Positions 52,860 through 64,000 of a stretch of DNA of 64,000 nucleotides are shown here, piece after piece. Origin of the DNA: Octopus sinensis (Eukaryota); NCBI RefSeq assembly GCF_006345805.1, contig NC_042999.1:151156001-151220000 (forward strand). The letters run 5' to 3'. The translations under genes were made by a program, and so were the position numbers. Below the pieces are notes generated by a model, which ran no database searches, had not been told where the DNA came from, and was given only the letters and a program-made list of their open reading frames with translations. How positions within the stretch are numbered: position 1 is the first letter of the stretch; the number at the start of each line of letters is the position of its first letter.

Positions 52860-54140
52860 AATTCGACAGAGGTGAGTTGTTTTTGCCCACAATAGAGATC
52901 TTTGCCTCCCTTCCTGCTGGGGTTTCACTTGTCTTGGTTGTCACTCTCCATCTTAGTAATATCTTGGTGGAACCTTTCTCCATGCTCATCACTCACTGCT
53001 CCGAGCTTTGGAGAGAAGTCGAGGTGAGAGTGGAGAAAGTGAATTTTGAGTGATATCCGGCATCCCATATCCTCATTAGACTGTAACAACTTCTCGATGC
53101 ACTCTTGATAATCTAATACCCGTGTGTTACCAAGGAAGCCATGGCAGACTGACTTAAATGTTTCCCATGCTCACAGTTTCTTTAAGGTAAGAAGCTCCTC
53201 AGAGTCCTTATACTTCAGCACTTCTCGGATTTGAGGTGCGACAAAGATACCCTCCTTGAGCTTAGCAGATCTCAGAGCTGGGAACAGAGTGCACAAGTGT
53301 CAGAAGGCAGCGCCATTTTTGTCCATGGTCTTCACGAAGCACCTTCACGAAGAGGAAGAAGCACCTTCACGAAGCTTAATATGAAGAGGAAGAAGCACCT
53401 TGTTCATGTCCATCAGAGAATTTTCTTGGACACTGTGTTCACCAGGCACGAAATTTCTGCTCGTAGTGTTTGGACACAGCTCGACTGTCCTAGAGACTTA
53501 GTAGAATCTTCTCCTGGAGACATTTCTTTATCTGATTAAAGAAGTTCCTTATTTGCTGGGGGTGTAGGGACAGGGAGATCATCTGAGTAGGAAACCGGGC
53601 TCATAGATGGGGGAAGGTTGGGATATTCAATCTTTTTTCTAAAAGAAGCATTGAAACCTGTTATATTTGTTAGACAAAAATAACAATCACCTGATAGCTT
53701 CGTGACACTCTGAAGACCACCGAAGGCTGCTTTCTTGCTGTTAAACTATGCAGGGATTACAACAGATGTGTGGAGCCCAGGATTCGTCCTGATCTCCAGT
53801 TTTACAATCAAAATAATGAAAGTAAGCAGTTCTCAGGAGGGAAGTAATTGTTTGATGCTGTGCAACTGTCGGGAAATTCCCACACACGTAGCAGAATGAA
53901 TTTACCTTGTTGATGCATCACCAGTGTTTTGAAGCGCCTGAAACCATTGTAGAGACATGTATCATGTGTATCACAAAAATCTGGAAAACAAAATAAAAAT
54001 TGATCATATATATATGGTTATGTGAATTATCGCAAAATTATAAAAATGTATATCTCAAAAACTAGAAGTGATGAGTGAAAAATGGTTTTGTATCCGAAAT
54101 CAGCATCCCAAAATTTGACTAGAACAATTATTTTTATGTT
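52860..54140 (-). mobile_element. Degraded Chapaev3-like (CMC) DNA transposon
   Basis: FCYVCG, YFDCKTGDQDESWAPHICC, DCYFCLTNITGF..KIEYPNLP, PLHIKL, KLKEGIFV.PQIR, AWETFKSVCHGFLGN and SLKIHFLHSHLDFSP.LGAVSDEHGERFHQDI. Family name assigned from remembered motifs. Confidence 0.75.
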
Positions 54141-54149
54141 CGCCTCAAT

Positions 54150-54495
54150 TTCTCTGTAAACCTGTAATTTGACGATATGTGAGATCGGTCGGTTTGTTGC
54201 ACCCTTTTTTTGAAAACTGGGACAACCAGCTAGAATAGTAAATTACGGGAATATAGCCAGCATATTTTTTCTAGATAATAACCAAAGGGAATACCAGTTG
54301 ATGTCGGAACTCGTCCAGGACTCTAGCGGAGAACTGGTCGGGGCCTGAAGCCGAGTTCTTTGTAATTTTGTTAATAGCTGCTATGATATCCGAGACACCA
54401 AATGATAGGGTGTGCTTCAGGGGGTTTGTTTCAGGATAAATCCTGTTAGGATTGCTGAAAGTGGAACAGTATTGCTTCTGCAGAATCCCATCCAT
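54150..54495 (-). mobile_element. CR1/L2/Jockey-type LINE RT N-terminal fragment
   Basis: DIIAAINKITKNSASGPDQFS..LDEFRHQLVFPL, followed by a degenerate P.FKKG..NRPIS motif. Confidence 0.65.
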
Positions 54496-55458
54496 TTTTA
54501 TTGCTAATCCTACTCACCCATTCTTTCCTCCCACCTAGCATTTTATTTCCTTCTATTTAAACACTACTTAACCACACCCACCTTATTACCATTATGGGCG
54601 ACCTTCCCACAAATATTTTCATTGGTCCTTTGACTTTGATTTTGACTTTGTTTTTTCTTTTTATTTTCTTTTCGACTGGCCATTCACGCGATGGCCGGCT
54701 TGATAACTCCTTTGTCCATCTCCTAGCGGCAATGTAAATAACGTTGAGGTAACAGAGGCCTGAATATTAGCTAAGCTGGATTGTGTTCGTTGCAACTTGT
54801 GTAACGGACTTCAGCTTGTTATGAAACAATTGTAGTCCGTGTTTCACCTGTTTGGATTTTTATTCGCATTCTCATCAAATTTAGTTGCTGAACCGTGAAT
54901 TGTATGGCGACAGTCAGCTTAGCGAAATTCCTTTTAACTTCGACATGGAAAGAAGTATGTAACTTACGATGTTAATAAACATATTTTATCGTATACTGTC
55001 CACTTTTTGTCATCTGCACTAGCTGCCTAAATGCTTGAAGCTAACTAACTTCCTACACTTGGATCCCTGGATCGTACTTACCTGTTGTTAGACACATACA
55101 CACACACATATGTATTTAGAGAAATAGAAATACTATTATTTCTAAATCTCTCAGGGAGAGACATTCAGTAAAAGTTCTTTAACGTAAAAGCTAATTGCCA
55201 ACATAATATGGCTGTACTGGAAGGAATATAAAGATAACCCTGAAACTAGTCCACAAATGTTGTTTTGTGCTTGGTGGGAATGCTGAATTCCCTGTTCGAA
55301 AATACAAGGACACAGATATTGTATCATATAGCCAGATAGAGACGATGTCTCCTGGGGCTAATGAACGATAACAACATCCCTTCCAGGACAGCCATATTAT
55401 GGTTGGTAATTAGCTTTTTTACATAATATATATATATATATATATATATATAGATATC

Positions 55459-55489
<31 letters not shown>

Positions 55490-55526
55490 ATATATATATA
55501 TTTATTATATATATTATATATAGTAT

Positions 55527-55559
<33 letters not shown>

Positions 55560-55564
55560 ATATA

Positions 55565-55615
<51 letters not shown>

Positions 55616-55629
55616 ATATTATATATTTA

Positions 55630-55677
<48 letters not shown>

Positions 55678-55716
55678 AGATAGATAATAGATAGATAGAT
55701 AGATGATAGATAGATA

Positions 55717-55760
<44 letters not shown>

Positions 55761-55773
55761 TAGATAGATAGAT

Positions 55774-55803
<30 letters not shown>

Positions 55804-55805
<2 letters not shown>

Positions 55806-56791
55806 TGAGGGGAAGTCAAAGATTATCTGCACTTTCGCCATAACATATCTTTACTATAGTCCCACTGCTTTCTGCACATGCGTGCTTATAGTTGGTACTA
55901 TTGTGCTCACGTGATCGAAGTTTGAGCCTAATCGCGCCAGTTTTCTTTCTGGCTTTACAGCGTAAGCATGGCCACTCCACTAGCAATGTACACCAAAGAA
56001 GAACAAAGAGAAGTGATCCGATTTTTCTGGTCGGAAGGCATGTCAGGTGCTGAAAATCATCCACAATTAGCTCGACTTCTATAAAGTCTGTGCAAGATAG
56101 GTGCCAAGAGAGCTTACTGCAGAACACAAGCGTAAATGTTTTGAGGTCTGTCAACGTTCACTCGATCGCTACAACAACGAGGTCGATGAATTTTTGAGCA
56201 GATGAAACGTGGGTCCATCATTATGAGGCAGAATCCAAAAGACAGAGTATAGAGTGGGAACATACTGTATCGCCAGCGACGAAGAAATTCAAGACTCAGT
56301 CTTCCGCCGGAAAGGTGATGCCTAACCCTAATTTGGAACTCTGAAGAGCCTATATTAGAAGACTACCTGGAAGAGGGTTGTATGATCAACAGTGCAAGAT
56401 ACAGTGCTTTACTGGCCAACAAACTGAAGTCAGCAATTCACACCAAACACCGAAGTTTGTTGTCGAAGGAAGTTATGGTGTGGCATTACAATGCACGCCC
56501 ACACACGGCCGCTCTGACCGTTGAAACCATTAACCAATTGTGCTAAAAGTCTCAGATGAATTTTAGCACCTAACACACCTTCTGACCAGAGAAATCGAAT
56601 CACTGCTCGTTGTTCCTCTTGTTAGTGGAGCTGCCATGCTTAAGCTGTAAAGAAAATGGCGCGATCAGGCTCATACTTCGATCATGTGTCAACAATAGTA
56701 ATAACTATAAGCAACATGCGCAGAAGGCAGTGTAATAATAATAAAGATATGTTATGGTGAAAGTGCAGATAATTTTTGACTTCCACTTGTA
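55804..56791 (+). mobile_element. Internally deleted mariner whose two ends are both 5'-type ends (long inverted repeats), TA-flanked
   Basis: Left TA-TGAGGGGAAGTCAAAGATTATCTGCACTTTCGCCATAAC matches the reverse complement of 56742-56790. Transposase pieces MATPL..EEQREVIRFFWSEG, DETWVHHYE..SKRQS, SAGKVM and NARPHTA. Confidence 0.9.
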
Positions 56792-56819
56792 TATATACAT
56801 GTGTGCTTGTGTGTGTGAG

Positions 56820-56866
<47 letters not shown>

Positions 56867-56893
56867 TTTGTGTGTGTGTGTTGTGTGTGCATG

Positions 56894-56949
<56 letters not shown>

Positions 56950-56999
56950 GGGGTGGATCGATCGATATATAGATAGTTAGAAAGACAGAGGGGTGGGTC

Positions 57000-57098
<99 letters not shown>

Positions 57099-57489
57099 TC
57101 ACTCAACAGAACTGGCTTCCTAAAACTGATTTGAATCAATTCCCTGCATACTGAACTGTAATTAAATATAAACTTAGTGTCTTGTTCAGACAGTAGAAAA
57201 TTAAAGCAACAAAAATATATAGATTTATTCACTTATTTACAACAACAACAGCAACAACAACAACAACAACAGAAACAAAAATAGCTGTCGTCATGTAAGC
57301 CTGAAACGCATTTTATTTCACTCAAACTGGGTTTTTTTTTTAGATTTTTTTTTTCGCTTCTACGTTCTCTACAAAATTTCTTCAATAATTTTAATTTTTT
57401 AGTATGGATTAAAGTTTATTTTAAAATCAAAATCTAACCTTTAAACTTGTAGTCAATTCGATTAGTCATCTTTCAAAACTGTTGCATCG

Positions 57490-57523
<34 letters not shown>

Positions 57524-58262
57524 TATTATTATTATTATTACTATCATCATCATAGACGCCATCATCATAACATTAGGTTCCGAGATCGGAAATTTCATTG
57601 GCTTCGTTCGGTAAGAATTTACTGCAGCAACTTATATTCTCTGTAGATGCGTTTGCTCAAATGAATAATTACATAAATTGAATTAGACATCTATACCTTT
57701 TCCGTGCAAATAACATAAATTCTTGGCTTGTAAAAATAGGATTCCACTTAACATGAATATTTTCCATTTATTAAGAATCCGCCTAAGAGTGCTCTGGTAT
57801 CTTCATTTTTGCATGTGTACGCGAGTGTGTATTTCCATGTGTCTATACTATATACGTTGATATGCAAAATACACATATATGTAAATATATGTGTGTATAC
57901 ATGCATGCGTGTATATCAATATGTTTTTGTATATGAGTATGTATGCATATGCATAATATATTTACATATCAATCTATATTAATATACGTATGTGTGTATT
58001 TATTATTATATATATGAGAAAGATAGATAGATACAGACATATATAGATATACATACATACAAACATACAAGCACATATATACACACATATATATATACAT
58101 ATATATATACATATATACACATACATATATACATATATATACACATATATATATATATATATATACACATATATGCATACATATGTATATATACATATAT
58201 ATATACACTTATATATACATATATCTATATACATATACATACATATATATATCTATATATAC

Positions 58263-58294
<32 letters not shown>

Positions 58295-59199
58295 GCATAT
58301 ATATGCATACATACATATATATATACCTATATATACACACATATATATACATACATACACACACACACCACACACACACACGCATACATATATATATATA
58401 TATATTATAAAGTAAGAGCAGGATGATTATATTAAAAAAATCATCACAGAAGATATACGTCCAAAATAATATTGTATTATTACATAAATATAAAGTATGA
58501 TTATTCAAAAAGTTTGAAATATCTTACGATCGTTTCATGAATGTGTTACTCTTCAAAATGTAATCTAAAACTGATAATCATTATTATGTAATGCATCCAC
58601 TCATTAGAGTAAAAGGGTGAATTTCCGTGTTGTCAATCGAATGCTATTTAAAAACATAAGAAAATATGTTTAAAAAAAGTTACTAGCATAGATGTGCATT
58701 GGTACAAACTTGGTCTAAAAAATTTGAAGAAATAATATAAATCTGAGTGAAAATCCTATATAATTGCTGTGTATAGATATAAATCCCATCATTCTACTCT
58801 CTTCAATATATGATCCATAAATGTCGAAGATAAAGGTGGTTAAATTCTTGCTTTTATAGTAATACATACAAAACTGGAAGATATCATCATTATATTTTAT
58901 GCAAATGTAAAAATAGCCGTTTACTGACCCAGTACAGTGTAAATTAATGTGCTATATTTAAATTATTATATTTAAAATCAGTTTGTTGTACATTAGAGAT
59001 GTACAGGTTCAAGTTTCAAGAAGACATATTTTCGGCACTCATCCAATGGATAATTTATATTATGTGAACATGTGTACACTCAAAATAATTCAAATTTATG
59101 TTTCTTTTTCTTACTTGAAACAATCCTACTATTTCATTATGATACCACTATATGAAAAGCAAGATATTAATGTGAATCTTATCTTGATGATCTCTTATA

Positions 59200-61200
59200 G
59201 TGTTTAAATGTTTTATGAAACCTATGTCTACATGTGGATAATGCTTCCGATTGGCAATTAATTAAATAATTTTGTTTATATAATAATATGTATAGCGATT
59301 CTTTTGTACAAAGACGGTAGATAGGATTTATGTGTATATGGTGTAGCTGAGTAAATAATTGACCAGGATAATTTATAGCTAACGATTTTTTTTTTGTTTG
59401 AATTTATATACATATGTAGCCAATAAAGTAGTGTTACTCGCTATATTCGGTTTAAATGAATGTATACGTGCTACAAATCTTTGCTTAAAGTTAATACAGC
59501 TCCCTATATATACCATACTGCATGAGTTAGCAGTTTTTGTAACAGTGCACTTATATATAACGTTGAACCTTCTACATTTGCCTTCTATAGGACATGATTT
59601 TTTATTTTTACATGTGCAATATTTAGTTGTATGTTTCTGTTCAGTGGTATAATGACTATTATGATTATTTGTTATGGAGTGTGGTGTTATGTTTGAATTT
59701 GTTGTGGAATCATTTATAACAGAATTAGGTAGATTTACTGTTTGTGTATTACTATTGTTATTAGATTGTGGTACTGGATTATCTGAAGTCCTGTCATACC
59801 CAATGGTTTGCATATTTTGGGATGTATGATTATTGGAATTTTGCTAAGATTTTGTTAATCGTATAGTATTGCTATATATTCTCATAATGTTATATATTGA
59901 ACTGGTATTATGTTGAGTATTATTTGGTATTCTAGGACTATTGTATATTTCATTACTAGTATTATTATTGTTATTATTTCTTAAACTATATTTATATTTA
60001 TTGTTTTCGTCTATCAGAGCTAGCGATAATTGATCTTATGTTCGGCAATGTAGAAAAAGATATTTTAATTGGTCTATTAAATATATGGTTATACTTATGA
60101 TTATTAGGAAAGCTATTTTTGACTCTGTTTAGAAATTTTTTGCTAATCATTTAACATTTATTGAAAATGGGGGTGTATACCAAATACTTTCCCTATTTCC
60201 ACTCCGACTAGGAAATTTATTATAGTTATTTGCTAATTTTGGAATATGCATAGTATTTCCTGACTGTTTTTTGTTATTACTATATTTGGTTCTATGTCTA
60301 CCATAACAGTTTCTAGGTATTTTGTCATATCTTACAGAGGTTTGACCTTTTTGTATTGATTGAATACTATTGTTAGAGGTAAGGTTAGTTGTATTTCTTA
60401 GTTTAATATTATGTGTCGTTTGGTTTAGTTCCACTTGTGCTATATAAATCTTAAGTTTTATATCTTTTATATATTTAATATTTTGTTTAAATTCACTTGC
60501 AGCTAAAGCTTGATTATAATAGTTTGCACGATTGTTGAATATTTCTTCATTATAGGATAGATCTGAGATTCTAATAGATATACTACTTAAACTGCTTAAA
60601 GGCAAATTCACAGCAGTTACCGTGGAGAAAATTTTCTCTTATGATAAAAAGGTGTAAAAATATCAAATATGTCCAATGTGGACATCTGTCAGGATTCCCA
60701 GACATTGATGTTTCTAGCTCCTTAGCTGTTATATATATATATATATCTGGCATGTATGTATAATGCCCTCTATATAAATTAATATGTTCCATAAGAAATA
60801 ATTATTTTCGAAATTTATTCTCTTATGAGGTTTTCACGCTATCTACCTGACAATTTCTTGTTAAGTTTTCCTTATTAAGTAGTTGTCCTTAATTGTTAAA
60901 TTTTTATTCCGAAAAAACTTTTCCTTTCCGAAATGCAATTCGTAAAAGTATGCCATTTACAGGATTTAATATATGTAAACTCACCCATGTGCTTCGTTGA
61001 TGTTGATCAGTTAGCTGATCGGCTTAAGCGGGGCAGGGTCGTTTATTTATGATACATTCAGGCCTGCTGATGAATACGTAGTATGAAATCACTGTGATAC
61101 AGGTCTATATTTTTTAAATGTCTTACTTTGAAAAATTGCATTCGGTGGGATTAGTAATATTTTTGGTAGAAATGACTATTGTCCCTCTTAGCGTGTGGCA
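59200..61200 (-). mobile_element. Degraded Penelope-like element (RT C-terminal part + GIY-YIG endonuclease)
   Basis: RISDLSYNEEIF, IWYTPPFSINVK, CTCKNKKSCPIEGKC..VIYKCTV..VYIGS..FKQRF, and terminal LCTKE..SEALSTCRH. Confidence 0.85.
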
Positions 61201-61362
61201 TGTATGTATAATGCCCTCTGGCATGTATGTATAATGCCCTCTATATATAATTAATATGTTCAATAAGAAATAATTATTTTCGAAATTTATTTTCTTATGA
61301 GGTTTTCACGCTATCTACCTGACAATTTCTTGTTAAGTTTTCCTTATTAAGTAGTTGTCCTT
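60747..61362. repeat. ~145 bp near-identical direct repeats (60747-60890, 61218-61362)
   Basis: ctggcatgtatgtataatgccctct..agtagttgtcctt occurs twice. The first 23 bp are repeated again at ~61197. Confidence 0.9.
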
Positions 61363-61366
61363 ATTG

Positions 61367-61411
<45 letters not shown>

Positions 61412-61869
61412 ATATATATTAGGGAGAGTTTACGAAAAAACAAGAACGAAGACAGGTGGTGTACAAAACAACAAATGTATTAGTATAACGCTCAGGAATA
61501 GAAAAAATATATATATATACCGGGCTTCTTTCAGTTTCCGTCTACCAAATCCACTCATAAGGTTTCGGTCAGCTCGAGCCTATAGTAGAAGACACTTTTC
61601 TAATTTCCCACGCTGCAGGACTGAACCCGAACCATGTGGCTAGAAAGCAAACTTCTTATCATGCAGCCAAGCCTGCATATACATTGTGTGTGTGTGTGTG
61701 TGTGTGTGCGTGTGCGTGTACATGTATATACGTGTATGTACGTATTATATTCGTCATCATCCATATCCTCTTTTTCCACGCTTAGTTTTATTGCCTTTAT
61801 ATCATCATTCGTTTCGTTCTTACATCATTTCCCCAATAAGACCAAAACAAGCTGAGATCTGACTTCTAC

Positions 61870-62085
61870 GCATATTCCTGTAGTTTTACGAGTTTATTTT
61901 GACTCCGCTATAACTACCTTCTGCTGTCAGCATACCGCACCGAATCACCTCCCATTCATCGCATTATATTTACACGTAATCACATGTCAGCTTCTCTGCA
62001 CACATTAGTGTGATGCCCTCAATGCCCAGCTTCTCTATCTCAGTTCACTTGTTCTCCGTTTTCAAACAAGATAACGTTTGGCATC
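61870..62085 (-). mobile_element. Degraded RTE LINE 3' coding remnant
   Basis: The - strand reads ELR.KLGIEGIT..VQRS, like the RTE RT C-terminus. Confidence 0.4.
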
Positions 62086-62620
62086 CAATGTGTCATACTC
62101 AATTCATATAGTTATCTGATTCAATCTCCGTAGCTCTTCGACATTAAATATCCAATTCTTATCACGTTTTTCACAAGCTTCGAGTAGACCAGTGCTTTTC
62201 ACAGAGGGCGATACTGCCCTCTAGCGACGGTGGGAAGTTCTATATGAGTACTAAGGCAATATGAGTTGTAAGAGGTGAGATAGATGTTTCATTTAATTGC
62301 CCTAATTTTTCAAAACATATTTTCAGTTTTTATTCTATGTGTGAAGCTTGAAATGTTTTGGCATTCTGCATTATATTGGTGAAATAACATACGTGCAAGT
62401 GTTCTTATAATGGCCACCGACGAGAAATGACGAAGCGTAAACTAACCACGTCGGTTGTTAGCTGTCAGGACACAGAACCCTTCAAAGCGCTCACGCTTCC
62501 CGAAATAAGCTAGTACTACTCCTAATGTACCTATGCACCCTTTTCTCATAAAGTCTTATTGACTGTTCACTTTTCTGTCTTTTGTTATTTTATTTTGTGT
62601 TAGTGGTATTCATTACTGTG

Positions 62621-63015
62621 TGGAGGCACAATGGCCCAGTGGTTAGGGCAGCGGACTCGTGGTCATAGGATCGCGGTTTCGATTCCCAGACCGGGCGTTG
62701 TGAGTGTTTATTGAGCGAAAACACCTAAAAGCTCCACGAGGCTCCGGCAGGGGATGGTGGTGATCCCTGCTGTACTCTTTCACCACAACTTTCTCTCACT
62801 CTTACTTCCTGTTTCCGTTGTACCTGTATTTCAAGGGGCCGGCCTTGTCACTCTCTGTGTCACGCTGAATATCCCCGAGAACTACGTTAAGGGTGCACGT
62901 GTCTGTGGAGTGCTCAGCCACTTACACGTTAATTTCACGAGCAGGCTGTTCCGTTGATTCGGATCAACCGGAACCCTCATCGTCGAAACCGACGGAGTGC
63001 TTCCATCCATTCATT
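62621..63015 (+). mobile_element. tRNA-derived SINE family C (full length)
   Basis: Head tggcccagtggttagggcagcggactc..ggtttcgattccc. 3' domain gccttgtcac..gagaactacgttaaggg..accgacggagtgc. Confidence 0.85.
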
Positions 63016-63130
63016 ACTGTCTTTTCTTGACTAATTTTTGTTTTCTGTTCCCTCTTTTCTGCAATGTACCTGAGCACTGTATGCAATAAACTCATTACTA
63101 TTATTTTAATAGATGTTGTTGTTGTTATAT

Positions 63131-63345
63131 AAGGCGGCGAGCTGGCAGAAGCGTTAACACGCCGGGCGAAATACTTAGCGGTATTTCGTCTGCCGCTACG
63201 TTCTAAGTTCAAATTCCGCCGAGGTCGACTTTGCCTTTTATCCTTTCGGTTCAATAAAATAAATACCCGTGAAGGTGCGGGTTGGAAACAACTTGCTCCA
63301 CTCTCAAAATTGCTGGTCTGAAGATAAAATTAGAAAGAATTATCA
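63131..63345 (+). mobile_element. tRNA-like SINE family B
   Basis: Head ggcggcgagctggcagaa..gttc(t/a)aattccgccgaggtcgactttgcc. Other copies at ~3085-3262(-), 4263-4478(+), 20185-20385(-), 26655-26830(-), 34898-35070(-) and 51120-51212(-). Confidence 0.8.
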
Positions 63346-63484
63346 TAACCTATCGCCAGCAATTTTTTTATCGAACTTTTTTTTTTTTTTGAATCGTAAC
63401 AATGGGATGAGCGAAAAATGAGTAAAGTTAAAAGGTTTGAGTAAACGAGATAAGTTAAAAGGTTTGAGAAGATTTAACATAGAT

Positions 63485-63740
63485 CAGGGGTTTTCAATCT
63501 GTTTTTCCTATGAACCCCCTTTGATTCTTGTTTTACTAGGGTGGACTCTCATATCCATTCACTGTTTAAAAAATCCTATTATGTTTTTAGAATTAATTAT
63601 TGTTAGAAATTGTATTTAAAAAATCGTAAAAAATATTTTATATATTGCAGAAATATAACCAATTTATTACAATTAAATTTTACCAAAATCTTATACAGAC
63701 CCTCAAGGATCATATGATACCTTTTAGAACCATAGGTGTA
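63485..63740. mobile_element. hAT-Charlie-type MITE remnant
   Basis: Left end caggggttttcaa..gaaccccc and degenerate right end ttagaaccatag. A similar end occurs at ~62190 (cagtgcttttc..gggcgatactgccc). Confidence 0.4.
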
Positions 63741-64000
63741 GACTGTGCTGTCTCATCTGATTGTTCAAGTTGGAGTAGTTTCTCACTGGTTTTTCTCCAT
63801 CAACACAACTATCATCTTAAAAAAAAAAACATTGGATAATGTACTAGAAACACCACAGTTGAATAAAAGGTGACGTGGTCATGGCTGGAATACTTCAGTT
63901 CATAAGTTCTACGCCATCAGAAGAAACTTGGAAAATAAGAACAGTGCCAAGTTCTCTCCAACAGTCAGAAGGTGTGTTTGCTTCAGTGATATTTCGGACA

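Noticed and set aside
62621-62700. tRNA gene
   Set aside because: The tRNA-like A/B boxes continue into a SINE body found in several copies, and I saw no complete cloverleaf.

Overview
AT-rich eukaryotic genomic DNA, very dense in microsatellites and transposons, with a 100-N scaffold gap at 24949-25048. The SINE families resemble octopod cephalopod (Octopus) repeats; this is from memory, not a database search. Well-supported content: (1) A near full-length R4/Dong-type non-LTR retrotransposon (RT, zinc knuckle, restriction-like endonuclease; ~30335-34277) broken by small frameshifts. Five shorter relatives are present, four of them inside (TAA)/(TGA) microsatellites, and one has a 5' inversion. 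(2) Several tRNA-derived SINE families, some as dimers or tandem arrays. (3) Mariner/Tc1 remnants, two of them fold-backs. (4) Chapaev3-like, hAT, Helitron, Penelope-like, RTE and CR1/Jockey-type remnants. No conventional host gene appears in the ORF track, and the long low-complexity ORFs are translated microsatellites. Manual splice-site reading suggests a chain of seven small + strand exons (923-13963) that join in frame into an 8-cysteine peptide. This is the most interesting and least certain observation. Repeat boundaries were read by eye and are approximate. No CRISPR, rRNA or true tRNA genes were found.
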